Assembly: GCA_010015805.1 (NCBI GenBank)
Contig: ML978132.1
Span: 1 to 64,000 of the forward strand
Direction: 5' to 3'
DNA length: 64,000 bases
Origin: Rhizodiscina lignyota
Lineage: Eukaryota
The notes under the pieces were generated by a model that was given only the letters and a program-made list of their open reading frames with translations, was not told the origin of the DNA and ran no database searches. The translations under genes were made by a program, and so were the position numbers. Shown here one piece after another: positions 13,163-27,291 of the stretch. Position 1 is the first letter of the stretch. The number at the start of each line of letters is the position of its first letter.

Positions 13163-14738
13163 TCACTTGAGCTTCCTTCTCTTGTTGCTTGGCTTTCCTT
13201 CTCCTTCTGTAGTCTCTTCTCCCTGCTTCTGCCCCTGATCTTTCATGCCATTATCCTCTTGGTTAGTGTTGTCATCTATTATCTCCTGCAACGTCGCCGC
13301 AGCCACTTCCAATATCTCTTTTTCTCCGACTCGAACTTCCAGAGCCATGCTCTTTCTGATGCTATCCTTGAACACACCCTCCTCTTGGAGCTTCCGGTCT
13401 TCGCTTAGCGATGTCGAATACTTGGCGCTGACGGCATTCACAGAGCTCTTTAACATCTCTGCCATCGTCTTGGAGATTATCTTAGAGGGCGGGGCGTTCT
13501 GTTTCGGAAGTTTGTTCTGGACCTTCAGTGATGCGAACTCCTCAGTGGATAGCGCTAGTGCTGAGATCAACATGCGCAGCTCTGTGCTCATCATCGGCAG
13601 AAACCTTTCACTCGGTTGGGTTAGTGCAGGATCTGGGTGCGAGAGGTCGAATGCATCGTCTATCGCATCGTGCTCTTCAAGGTAGGCCACTCTCTCTTCC
13701 AAGTCTGCTACCTCAAATAGTTCGCACCAGCTCGTGAAAATCGTATGGGAAGGTATCTCGATAACGTCGTATTGTTTGTAGTTGCTCGTCACATATCCAT
13801 ATCTGCGCAGAAGGTCGCTTCGCGGCAGCTCGCCGTAGTCGTTGAAGATCTCGTCGCCGGCTTTGATCGGCTGTATGCTTTTCATAACGAGCTTGTCGTC
13901 TTCGTAGAAGAGGCGCGCGTTGTTCCGGTGTGCATCGGCGTTGAGCATGTCCGCCATTGGTACCATGCCCTTCGGGAGCGCCTCTTCATCTTCATCTGAG
14001 ACAAATCCTTCGTCGTCCACCTCCTGCACCGGAGGCTCGATGTCGAAAGCGTATGCCATGATTGTAGATGCCATCCGGTGGGAGAGGGCAAGAATCTCAG
14101 CGTCGTCCTTGAAGAATGACGAGGTTGGCAGTTGCTCCTTGACTATTGGGACAAGCTTCACGCGGAACGTCTCGTCAGCTTGAGCCTTGCCGAGTTTCTT
14201 CGTCAGAGGACTGGCTTGGAGTTCAGCTAGTTCACCGTCGGTCCAGAACATCGGCGTATCAAAGCTCGAAGGCAATACGCCGAAGTAATGAGACCATCGA
14301 GAGTCTGGACCGAGGGCGTACTCGTGCAGCATCGTGATGATGAGTGAGAGCCATGGATCGTTCTCAACTGCCTCGAAGATAATGGGTGAGAGGTTGGAGT
14401 TGGTTGGCAGCAATACCAATTCTCGAGGAATCGAGAAGAGTGCCTCATCCTCAGCAATGTCTTTCGTTGCTACTGCGGATTTGGTCAGTGTGCCGCTTGG
14501 CAAAACGAAAAGCAGGACAGTGGGAAGCTTGGGAGAGCGACACATATCCGCATTAGAAGAGCGAGCGGTCGAAAGGGCTCAAGACAAATGCAACATGTCA
14601 AAATGGGAACTCACCGACGCCTCTCCCAGCGCTCCGTTGCCTCAGATCAACGAGGTCTATGCTAGCGCTGACCCAGCTCCCATTTTCAGAAAGCCACACC
14701 AGAAAGCGCTTTGAGTTGGCATCGAACTCGTCAGCCAT
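13163..14738 (-). CDS. RKM4: SET-domain N-lysine methyltransferase (Rkm4/SETD6-like)
   Basis: ATG at 14738 (MADEFD...GAGRGV|VATKDI); MVPMADMLNAD, GDEIFNDYGELPRSDLLRRYGY; Rubisco-LSMT-type C-terminal domain; basic NLS-like end. Confidence 0.85.
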
Positions 14739-14896
14739 CGCACTGAGGGGATCAGTTGCTCGAATATAAGTTGCTGTGGGACAGCTTAGTTGCGAAATGC
14801 ATTGATTGGGAGAAGAAGTATATAAGCGGAGACGCTAATGTAGGTACATCTGCGATAAGATAAGATCGTGTCCATTTTTTTCCCTCAAGCTACCTT

Positions 14897-14903
14897 TGAC
14901 TCA
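14897..14903 (+). promoter_or_regulatory. Gcn4/CpcA cross-pathway control site (TGACTCA) upstream of LYS1
   Basis: Exact TGACTCA about 160 nt upstream of the LYS1 ATG; amino-acid biosynthesis genes are established Gcn4/CpcA targets. Confidence 0.6.
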
Positions 14904-15061
14904 CGCGATTGTGCTTATATCTACCAATCTCCCTTTAAATTATCACGCTGTTGTCTCTTCGCCTTTATCTTAGTGCGCCTAAAGCAATTGGTTGCTACAA
15001 AGTCATTCCAACTGTCTCAGTTGTTCATCACCGGTTAACCTCAGCTGTCCATTTCTTCACA

Positions 15062-16291
<1,230 letters not shown>

Positions 16292-16872
16292 TGCTGTTCG
16301 CCAAACAAAAGTTCTGTTTCTATTCGGGTAAAGGGAGCGCCGCAAGGCATTGGGAGTCTATCCGCATCCCTTGGGGGAGTTTCACTGTCTCATGAAATAT
16401 CATACATTTTATAGACGCGCTTGAGGAAAGATCAAATCTAAGAACGCGGTCCATTTCCAGAAGCTGCTCGTCGTCCTTTACATCCGAAACGCAATCAAGT
16501 TCTCTCAGATTACTGCCAAGGTAGGCTCCATCCTGAGCAGCGTTGAAACTGGCTTCCGCTGATACGCCGGAGACATCCCGACCCGCCGCCGGTGACAGCG
16601 GCCGCAACGCATTGACGGGTTTCATCTGGAGTTCATTCAATTTGGTCTTAATAGAAAAGAGTGATGAATCAGTTGCGGGGGTGCTGCGAAAGCTCATCTT
16701 CAAGTCTGCGGCTTACGAAAAGACAGCCAGTGAGAATACGACAGCACACTCCTTCTCCTTTCCATTTACGACTCTGTGCATCAATGTGTCTGTCCAGTCG
16801 CTCGATTTCTTCTATCACAAACCGCTCATGTTTTCGATGAAGTCCTGCTAAGGAACTCTAACCTTCACATCT

Positions 16873-17688
16873 ATGACAAATACGCCGGACACTGCAGGAG
16901 TGGAGAGAACACTCGATATTGCCGGCTCGTCAATCTGGACTGAACTGCTTGGCAGGCATGATGCTCCCAATCGTCCAACTATAATCGCCTTCCACGGCTC
17001 CGGGGGTGGAAGCGAATCATGGGCCGACCTCGTGCGTCGCACCTCCGCCTTTGCAAGGACACTGGCATACGACAGGGCTGGCCAAGGGCGCTCGACGAAA
17101 GCAGAAGCAGGCAGCACTCCTCTCTCAGCCAGCGATGAGTTGTCAGCCGTCCTCAAGGAACTTTCCGTGAAGCCGCCCTTCATCCTGGTAGCACATTCAT
17201 ACGGAGGCTGCATTGCTCGCGAATTCCTGCAAAAGCGTGGCAGGGATGTCGCCGGTATGGTGCTCGCGGAGACTGGCCAAGAGACTCTTTCGGAATTCGA
17301 AGAGGAGCAGTACCGCAAGCAGGCCCTGGGGAAGCGTCCGCTGAGCGTCATACGCGCAAACTCGCTGCTCACGAAGGAGCGCGAGTTTGAACAGGCATTG
17401 AGTGAGGGGAAAGTCCAGAAGCCGGAGCCCATGAGGACGATGCTCAAGCAGTGGGACGTCGAAGACGAGAGGCTCAAGAAGGAACAGCTCAGACTTTCGA
17501 GCAATACCCGCTATGTGCATGTGCCGGATTGTGGCCACAACATCGTCAGGGAACGGCCTGATGTCGTTGCGGATGAAGTACGATGGGTCCTTGAGCAATG
17601 GGAACAGCTCGCAGCGATGGACAATATCGAAAAGTCAAAAACCACAAGGATTCTGGCATGGCTGAAAAAGGTGGTTAAACTGACGTGA
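16873..17688 (+). CDS. Alpha/beta hydrolase, intronless, 271 aa
   Basis: FHGSG, YDRAGQGRS, nucleophile elbow AHSYGG, catalytic His in CGHNI. Confidence 0.85.
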   Translation: MTNTPDTAGVERTLDIAGSSIWTELLGRHDAPNRPTIIAFHGSGGGSESWADLVRRTSAFARTLAYDRAGQGRSTKAEAGSTPLSASDELSAVLKELSVKPPFILVAHSYGGCIAREFLQKRGRDVAGMVLAETGQETLSEFEEEQYRKQALGKRPLSVIRANSLLTKEREFEQALSEGKVQKPEPMRTMLKQWDVEDERLKKEQLRLSSNTRYVHVPDCGHNIVRERPDVVADEVRWVLEQWEQLAAMDNIEKSKTTRILAWLKKVVKLT

Positions 17689-18226
17689 AACCACAGCTCC
17701 GCGACGGCCAAAGGAAGGGTTGGAGGAGGCACTGGGGAGACGTGGCCACGCTAATAACGACTGGAGCTGTAGGATTTGACAAAATTAACTTGGATTTCCC
17801 TTCACAACCATCGAATCGAGTTTAGATCATTTTCAGCTATATACACTAGATATGCAGAGATTAATACTCCGTGATGCTGGGAGGATCGTCGGTAACGAAT
17901 TGGACTTCCCCCCGGGTGGCATGCGACGCTAGTCCCCCGCCTATGTACGTCTCGCCGGAACGTCCAACAAAGGCGAGATCGTTCTACTTCAACCATTGAG
18001 TCGGGATTTATAGAGGGACCATTTGATTGGAGTTCGGCGATCGGTCGGGAAGTCAAATTTCGCCCAGTTCGGAGCAAATCAGGGTGGGTATCGAGAAGGT
18101 TAGATTTTTGGGTATATTCCAAGATGGGTATCAAAAGACTAAAAGGGCGCTGGGGAGTGAAATGCCGAGGGTTTTGATTTCGGGTGACAGTGTTATGCGT
18201 TTTGGGGTCGTGTTCCTCAGAGACTA

Positions 18227-20678
18227 TTATCCTGGCATTTGCGACGTCAAATTGAACATGTCGAGCGGGAAGTACTCCTCATCGATGGCATACAGGTCCA
18301 TTGCATCGCCAAAGTTTGGTGTCGACATCCCCATATTCGGCCACTGTGGGTTACCACCAATGTCTGCGCCGGACACAGGCGCCAATAAACCGTTCGAGGT
18401 GTTGGCGAATTGCGGCTGCTCGTGTCTGGCCCGCTCCTTGAACTTGGCCAGCATGCTGCTCAAGCCTCGAGAAACATGATATGTAAGGTGGCGTTCGCTG
18501 GCCTTGCCATCTTTTAGAAGAGCGGTCACGCGCTCAATGATCGACGTGACCAATTCTCCATCCATATCAAAGCGCGCAGCTTTCCATCTTGCCTGCATTT
18601 TCAGCAGAAACACCGCGGCGAAGACTATGTTGGTGTGGAGGTAGAGTGGTACGCCGACGACGGCATCGCGAATGGACGGCTCCTCGAGCACGAGCTTGAG
18701 GCATGCAATGGCGCTGGAGATTGCAATGTTTGCGCATTCGCGACGCTCGCTGGAGAGAATCATGGCTGGGGAGGGGGTGATGCCTCTTAAGGCAAGGGAG
18801 TTGAGCTGCAAACGTCCAAAGTGGTAGTGGAGATGGACGCCCTTTGCAGGATAGAACCCCACATATTTATTCGGAGCTAACTCTGTTAGAAAAATCCATG
18901 TCTTGAAGCACATGGAAACGTTTACTTACCAAGTCGAGGTTCCCAGGTCACTTTCCAAGTATTCAGATCAGCGTTGAACTGCGCGATCGCGCGGAAGTCC
19001 TGGTGGCTAAGCTCCTTCGTACTGTCGGGTCCAAAGGCCATAAAGATTTTGCTAAGAATCAGGAACACCCCGACTTGGCTGTGTAACCGGGTATCTGCGT
19101 TGGTTATGCCAGGAAGTTGCAGGAAGAGCTCATGGCAGCTGATAGATGTGTCTTGATCGATAACGGGAGGGCGGCCATACGCAATGCTGAAATGGTGATC
19201 GCAGACATATAGCAGATACCACAGTCTCGCTTTCTCGACCTGATCTTCATCTCCTCGGAGTGCCTTGGAGAAGCTTTGATGGAGGTTCAGCTCAGTGGCA
19301 ATGCGTACAGCATGTCCAGATAGCTTCCAGCTCACGTCAGATAGCCAGAACGCACCAATGCAGAGTCCGCGAACATCATCCAAACTATGGTACCGATCAA
19401 ACATTGAGCTGCTGACGATGTGGAGGAACTCCGCATAGCAGACATCAAACACGTCTTCCTTCCCCGGGACATGCAGCGCACTTACGGCAAGGATGGAAGC
19501 AGTCAACAAGGGAGATGACGCTCGTGTGGCCGTGAGAGTCTGATGAACTAGAGGGATGCCACCCCAAAGGTACGCAGCCAGCTTCCCACTGAAGGTACGA
19601 AACAACCACTCGGCCTCTTCGACACTAACCTTGCCCTGCGAGATGAAGTCCTCCTGCAGGGTCGCCTGATCAGGACCATGAGTATGGCCATTGAGGTTGC
19701 TCCTCAAATTCCGTAGCTTCGTTACCTCAAATAAACTAGTCATTGGTGCAGCAACTAGGGGAGCATTGTCCGCTTCTGGCTCCGTGCCATGTGGTTCTTG
19801 CGAGTTCTCTCTCGTCATTGCCATGGCCAAAGCCTGCTGCGTCATCCTGCGGGAATCGGAATTGTTCGACGGGCTAGTCTGTGGAGACTGGAGCTTGATG
19901 TGAGGTTCAATATGCGGCTCACTCGGAGTCCTCAACGTCGGCAGGCCATTTGGTAGAGCATACTTCTCCAAGGTTGGGAGGTTAAGGGTCCGGAGAATCT
20001 CAGCTACTGCCACCTGCACCTGGCCCATCTGTTGCTCGACACTACTCTTCCACTCACTCTCATCCTCCAGCAAGGTCTGGAGAGACTTGTTGACCACGCA
20101 CTGGAGGCCGAGCCGTTGACATCTCGTGCATGTTTGTTGGCCCGGCTCGATGCCGCACTTGATCTTCCGGCTTTGACATTCCTGGCCTACTGACTATCAG
20201 CTCTGTTTCAGTCATCTCTCGCCGAACAGCGAGGTCCTGATAAACTTTCACACGGGAAGATCGAGATGACTTGGGCTGTCACAGAGCGTAGGGAGCCTCG
20301 GAATGTCCGCAGGGTACAGACTATCATTTTCCGTACATAGCCGCAGATTGCCGTCTCCACAAAAGCGAAAGGACTGTGCAGAAAATTCTTGATGGAGGGT
20401 GCTTTAAACAAGATAGATATATCGGCATATACACCGACAGCGATTGCGTCGGCAGTGTATCACGACATATGCAAATGGCAAACGGTCACGCATAGGCGTT
20501 GTTGCGACCCCTTTTGCGGGGGCTTATTCCCCGCAAACAGAAACGTGCGGATGAGGAGAGATGACAATGGGGCTGAGGACAATATAGCGATTGACAAGGA
20601 CTGGAAACAGCAGACTGGACTCACAGGCACGGATTTTGCGTGAGATCTTTGGCTGGTGCGGACTGCGATCGCCAGCCG

Positions 20679-20716
<38 letters not shown>

Positions 20717-20787
20717 GCGGCGGCGGCCTTGGCGGAGGAGGTGGTCGAGGCAGCAGCGCTCTGCATGTCTGAGTACGTTCGCTTCAT
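18227..20787 (-). CDS. Zn(II)2Cys6 transcription factor with fungal TF middle homology region (PriB-like)
   Basis: Spliced cluster RKIRAC|QECQSRKIKC-x7-CTRCQRLGLQC (intron 20187-20624); ARLWYLLYVCDHHFSIAYGRPP; second intron ~18878-18929. Confidence 0.92.
20681..20727. repeat. (GCA)10 plus GCG trinucleotide repeat encoding poly-Ala in the TF N-terminus
   Basis: gcagcagcag... run, read as AAAAASAAAAAAAAAA on the minus strand. Confidence 0.9.
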
Positions 20788-21773
20788 CTGGATGACTCGC
20801 TTTCGTTTCGCGAACTGCTGAGCGGCGGAGAGAATAGCGGCTGGCACGTTGGAAGAGCGAGGAGCGCGGCTTTTGCACCGCTATATACGCCTCGTGATGA
20901 TGCCGGTCGAGCGAAAGGGTGGGGTCGCAGGGTACTTACGTTCGCGGCCGGGCCGAATTGAATACGGCGATCGACGCCTCCGCTCGCGCAACCGCAGTAA
21001 CGAAACGGCGCAAGGGGCATAGCCTCCGACAGCCCTCGCTGGCTGGGCGCCGGCTCCGCTCACGGTTCGCGCGTGCTGTGACACCAGTTTCTCTGACGCC
21101 TGGAAACAGCGCGGGCGGCGCAGCATCTGGGCCTTCTGTCACGCTGCGCTCACCTGTCTTATCTACTGCTGTTGGCTGCGAGATTCAGGCTGAAAGAGCC
21201 GCACGCTGCTCTGCGGGGAACCTCGCTCGCGCTGCGGTCACGCGTCGCAAAGTTACGGGTACTTTGCACGCGTTCTAGAACGCTGCCCAAAGCGGCGTTT
21301 CGGTACGTACCAAGGGTACTGCTCGCTTGTGCGCCGGCAGGGGGCGCACGGAGTTAGCCGCACGTGGCATCCAGCCACCTGGAAGGTCACTGCCGAGCTC
21401 CCAATCGCTCCCCAATCGCCCTCCCCCCGGGGCAGTCAGCCTTCCCCACAATCAGCGGCCTTCACTCCGCCGCGCAACCGCCAGCGCTCGCCACTATGCT
21501 GCCTTCACGCTGGGTCAATTGGTCGCGCGGAGTTGTCTGGGGGGATCTTCCTGATAATTCAACCGAGCATGGAGATACAAGAATTGAAAAGCGACTCGCG
21601 CCGCTCCCCTTCTTACCGCGTCGTATGACTTCTGGCTTCCTGCCTCAGGGGAACCTATCGAATTTCGGCCTGGCTCACAATCCCGAAACCCTCTCGTCCC
21701 CGTGTCCCTACGCTTTCCGCCGAGTCCGGGTGATCGTCCACCCTCCACGTTTTCCCCCGCGGTTGTGGCGTCC

Positions 21774-24700
21774 ATGGAGCATCAATCGTACCAATGCCTG
21801 GGGTTCGCGGGGTTAGGCGCAATGGGCTTTGTGAGGAATTGCAGCGAACCTGCTTACGCGCAGCCTGTACTAACTAGAAGTCTAGGGCATGGCCACCCAT
21901 CTCCTGCGTCTGAAACATCAAGTGGTTGGCTTCGACGTATGGAAGCCAAGTCTGGACAGGTTCCGCGAGAAGGGGGGTCAGACCGCTACATCGCCAAAAG
22001 CAGCCGCGAACACTGTGTTCATATGCATGGTTGCGAATGCCCAGCAAGTAAACTCGGTCCTGTTTGACGAATCAGACGGCGTTGCGCAATGTGAGTTGCA
22101 ATTTCCGTGATGATATTCTGAAGTGCTCATTCGGGAAAGCATTACCAACAAATGCGTTGATCTTGATATGCTCGACTGTCCCAGCTGCATTTGTACTCGA
22201 GGCTGAGCAAAAGCTCGCCAAGTTGGGTCGTGAAGATGTCGATGTTATCGATTGTCCAGTATCTGGTGGAACCGTACGAGCGGCCGATGGCTCGCTCACC
22301 ATCCTGGCCGCGGGCAAACCTGAGGCTCTCAAACGTGCAGATCCGATACTTCAGGAACTGTCTGAGACGCTCTACATTATCCCAGGAGGCATTGGAGCAG
22401 CCAGTAATGTCAAGATGGTTAACCAGCTCCTCGTGGGCTCTCACATCGCTGCTGCCGCAGAGGCCATGGGTCTCGCTGCAAAGGCCGGATTGAATACACA
22501 AGAAGTGTTTGACATCGTCCGACAGTCAACCGGAAACAGTTGGGCATTCAACAATCGAGTCCCTCATATGCTTGAAAATGACTGGACACCCTACTCAGCT
22601 CTCAACATTTTCGTGAAAGACATGGTCCGTTGACATTCAGAAATTCGGAACAAAATTTATGGCTATACTAACACTTTGAAGGGTATCGTCACCTCAGCGG
22701 CCAGGCGATCAAGCTATCCTGTCCCAATGGCATCGACTGCAGAACAGCAATATCTGCAGGGAGCCGCCCGCGGGTACGGGCGCGAGGACGATTCTGGTGT
22801 CGTGCGAGTCTATCTTCCAGAAACACCTGCTGCTGTGCATGACTTGGCTCGACCCGAAGCACATGGAGCGGAGCTTACTCCAACAGTAACGCCGACAGAA
22901 ATCAACCAGATTGGAGTGATTGGGTCTGAAAAATGGAGCTCAGAGACGACAGAAGCACTTTCGAATTCCGGATACACTGTGCAAAACCAAGCCTCTGGGT
23001 CCCAAATCTTATTAATATCGCAAGAGAATGCAGAGGAAGTATTATTTGACCAGGGAGGCGAAGCCAAAACACTCCCTTCCGAAGCGATCGTGGTTCTTGC
23101 CTCGCCTGTCCCTGTAGCTACGGTGCGGTCAATTGGCGCTCGTCTAGACAGTGATGGCAAGAAGATTCAACTTGTTGAGGCACTATCGATTCCAAAGTAT
23201 GGCAAGGAAGGTCGAACAGTAAGACTGCTGAGCACTACCATGTACGGTCGATCATTCACTAATATATGCGTGGTAGATTGTCTGCTCCGGTAGCGACAAG
23301 GCTGTTGCAACCGTCACTCCCATTATTTCCGCGATGAATGGCGATGTCGCTCGCGTTCAAGGCGGTACAGGCGCAGCGACGACGGTATGGCTGATCAATA
23401 GTATGCTTCAGCAAGTCCATCTTGTCTGTGCTGCAGAGGCCATCGCCTTTGGCGCCAAGGTTGGGCTCGATGTTCATGCGCTCTACAAGATCATTGTAGA
23501 TGCCGCGTAAGTAACAACTTGAACGATATTTTTATACTGACGCTGACGTTCTCCTAGCGGATGGAGCTGGATGTTTCAGAGTCGAGTGCCGACAATGTTG
23601 GGCCATAGCAAACCAATTTCTTCGACCGTTACCGATGGACTGAAGTCACTTGTATGCATACCTACCATGCAGGATGCCCCAGTTAAGCATTACTGACTCG
23701 TGTAGGGTGCATTTTGTACCTTGGCAAACTCCTTAGGATATCCGGCGGCCATGGCAAATGCGGCACAGCAGGTACCGACCGGAACTTTTGTTTTGCATTA
23801 GCGCGCAATGCCCCGCTTACGAATACTCAGATCTTTACTTTCGCAGCAGCATCTAACCCATCACCCAGTGTAGATGCACGAGTAGTATCATTCTACGAGA
23901 TGGCTAGTGCTTCTCTTGGCCATACGACATCTGAGCCTCGCAAATATGAAAGCTTACCAGCCCAAGAGACTATTGACAGCCTGCCAGCGCCGTATTCTCA
24001 GGATGTGTTACCCGTGATTCAGAAACAAGTCAAGTCCGGAGAAGCGCCCGTGCTTGTCATGCTTGACGACGATCCCACAGGAACTCAGACATGTCACGAT
24101 ATTGCCGTCCTCACAGTGTGGGATAACGCTACGCTCCGCAAGGAATTTGAGAGCGGCTCGAGCGGCTTCTTTATTCTGACCAATTCGAGAGCATTTCCAC
24201 CCGACGAAGCGTATAATCTTATTCTGACGATCGCTCAGAATGTCGCGAAAGCGGCGAAGGAGGTAGGGAAGGAGTTCGAGATTGTACTACGTGGTGATTC
24301 GACGTTGCGTGGTCACCTTCCGCAAGAGCCTGAGGCTGTCGAAGAGGCGCTAGGCAAGTTCGATGGCTGGATCATCGCTCCATTTTTCTTCCAGGGTGGC
24401 CGCTACACTATCGATGACGTTCATTACGTTCGTGAGGGCGATACTCTTGTCCCAGCGAGTGAAACACCATTTGCGAAAGATGCTTCATTCGGTTACAGGA
24501 GCTCCAATCTCAGGGACTACATCCTCGAAAAATGCGGATCTCGGTTTACGGAATCGAACCTCTTCTCGGTGACACTCACTGACATCCGAGAGGGTGGCCC
24601 AGATCGGGTTGCCCAGAGGCTACTTGAGGCACCGAAGGACGCTGTGGTAATCGTCAATGCTGCAGCAGAATCCGACATGTTCGTCTTCGCTGCCGGTCTC

Positions 24701-25430
24701 CTCCAGGCAGAGAAGCAAGGAAGGCGTTTCCTCTACCGCACCGGAGCTGCTTTTGTCTCAGCTCGACTGGGAATCGAAGGAATCGAGCCTCTTTCGATGA
24801 AGGACTTGGGAGTTGAGCGAACGGAAGGATATTCCGGCGGCCTAATCGTCGCTGGCTCATACGTTCCCAAGACCACTGCCCAGCTACAACGCCTCCAGGA
24901 ACGTAGAGGGTCGAAGTTAGCTACTATTGAGCTGGACGTCGAGCAGATGATCGGCTCACAGCAAGACGCTGACCGCATTACCAAAGAAGCTACACAGAAG
25001 GCCACCGATCTGATAAGCAAGGGAGAGGACGTGCTGGTCATGACCTCGAGGAAACTAATTACAGGAAACGACGCGCTGTCAAGTCTCAACATCGGCAGTA
25101 TGGTCGCCGCCGCTTTAGTCAAAATCGTAGAGAACATAGAAGTCAGACCGAGATACATCATCGCAAAGGTACGCTATCCTCATCATACCCTCACCGTTCA
25201 TTCAGTGCTAATCGATCCCCAAGGGTGGCATTACTTCATCCGACGCAGCGACAAAAGGCCTCAAGATGAAACGAGCAATGATTCTAGGTCAGGCTGCAAA
25301 GGGTGTCCCACTTTGGCGGTGTGATGAGCCCACATCGAGGCATGTTGGCGTGCCATATGTTGTCTTCCCTGGCAATGTCGGATCAGAAGACACCTTGGCA
25401 GAGGTTGTTGAAGGCTGGTCGTTCGAGTGA
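21774..25430 (+). CDS. Fusion protein: beta-hydroxyacid dehydrogenase (LtnD/3-HIBADH-like) + degenerate second dehydrogenase module + DUF1537 four-carbon acid sugar kinase; about 8 introns
   Basis: GFAGLGAMG, DCPVSGG, VKMVNQLL; kinase motifs VMLDDDPTGTQT, LRGDSTLRGH, AK|GGITSS, VFPGNVG; stop TGA 25428-25430. Confidence 0.9.
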
Positions 25431-26124
25431 TACACATGAGCATTGCATGGCGAATCTTGGGCACATTCTCCTCTATGTTTTGCATATAGTAGTCATCATA
25501 ATACCCCATTAAAGCTGGAGCATATAGAAAGCGCTCGGCTTAGAACAAATCCCCATTCTCCTAAATGCGTTCCAGTACTCTTGAGTGTCCGACCACTCCC
25601 CAATTGGGAGGCACTTCACCAATCGAGCAACTTAGATCCCGATCAGACCGAGGCGCCCAGAAATGACCTACCAAATTGAAACGGAAGAAGTGATCACGGT
25701 GTTAATCCATGATAGACCCGGCGGCCGAATCCTGGAAGCTTACACATTATTAGTCTATGTAGGTGGACAATCTCTTAAGATCTTGAGGATCGTTCACGAG
25801 TTTGCACAACTGCACCCTTTGTAGACCCCGAAAAAGGATATTACACCTACCACTAAAGTCCGCTCCAACTAAAATTTCATATTCGGCGATCATGTCTACT
25901 GCTGAAAGCCTTGAGGAACCCACATATACACACCGTCTTGTACCGTGGTGCTCCCCGAGGACACCTAACCCCGCTTTAACTCCACAATGGTACAGCTCCC
26001 AAGACAACAAGTGTTCTATCATTTCCGAGCATTAACAACTGGTCAAAGAGTATATATTTTCATCAGAGTTCAATTCTACTCCGTTCCAATCAGTCCAGTC
26101 TGACATCCAATCTTCTCATTCAAA

Positions 26125-27291
26125 ATGCCACTGAAGAGCGACATCACCATCAATGCGCCGCAATTCGACGCTGCCTCGGCACCGAAGGGCACATTGGAGG
26201 CGAATAACAAGCTCACGGAGATGATGAAAGAAGGGCCGAAATGGTTCGAGGTTGGTACAAGAAGGACTACAGTGAGTTTGATTGATCGATTGACCCTTTC
26301 AAGGTCGGCGCGGCGAAATACCGCGAAATGCGCTGGAACAACCAGACACCGTTGCCTCGACCCCCCGTTATTGAATCGGGGGTCAACTTCAAGATCCCCT
26401 CCAGGGACAGTGGCAGAGAGCTCCCATGCCGCATGTTCAAGCCAGAGAATGGGGAGCCAAAGGGGGTCTTCCTGCACATTCATGGCGGAGGCTTTACCTT
26501 GAACTCGGAGGGATTGTGAGTGATTCGGCTCTGCTGTCCTGATATGAATATTTGCTGAGCCAATGCAGTCAGGATGGCTATCTCAAGTTTCTCGCAGACA
26601 ATATGACAGTCACTGTGATATCTGTTGGCTATCGATTAGCACCTGAGGACCCGTTCCCCGCAGCACCAAATGACTGTGTCGATGCTGCGGAGTACTTGCT
26701 CAAAGAGGGAGCGAAGTATGGAGGCAAACTACTTTTCATTGGTGGAGAGGTAGAGTCGCCTGGTTTTTGTCTTGATAGTATCGTGAAGGCTGACAACTAC
26801 TTTAGTCCGCCGGTGGACATCTCTCGGTGGTGACAACGTTCGAGCTTCTTCGAACACACTCGGAGCCTTTGCCATTGAAAGGCCTCATCCTGAATTACGG
26901 AGTGTATGACTGTGCGGTGTTCCTGCCGCAAGCACATACCATTGCGACCCCCGCGATCATTAATCTGCCCATTATGTTCAGATATAATGACGCTTTTGCA
27001 CCAAACACGACGATAGAACAGCGCCGGGATCCAATGTATTCTCCGATCTATGAGAATCTGTTCAAGTTCAAGGGGAGACTGCCGCCTGCGTTGTTCACGT
27101 GCGGCACTGAAGATCCATTGTTGGACGACACGACGCTCATGAGTCTGAAGTGGATGGCTGCTGGCGGAGAGGCAGTCGTGAAAATATATCCAGGGGCACC
27201 GCATGGGTTCTCCTTGTTCCCGGCAAAGATGTACGAGGCTGCATCACAGGTAAATGAGCACATCAAAGAGTTCATGCTGGAGAAACTATAG
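26125..27291 (+). CDS. HSL-family (Abhydrolase_3) esterase/lipase, 3 introns
   Basis: HIHGGGF, VGYRLAPEDPFP, spliced GGE|SAGG nucleophile, GTEDPLLDD, HGF. Confidence 0.9.

Noticed and set aside
16320..16703. 127-aa minus-strand ORF between LYS1 and the hydrolase
   Set aside because: No motif; overlaps expected UTR/promoter space; unsupported without homology or expression data.
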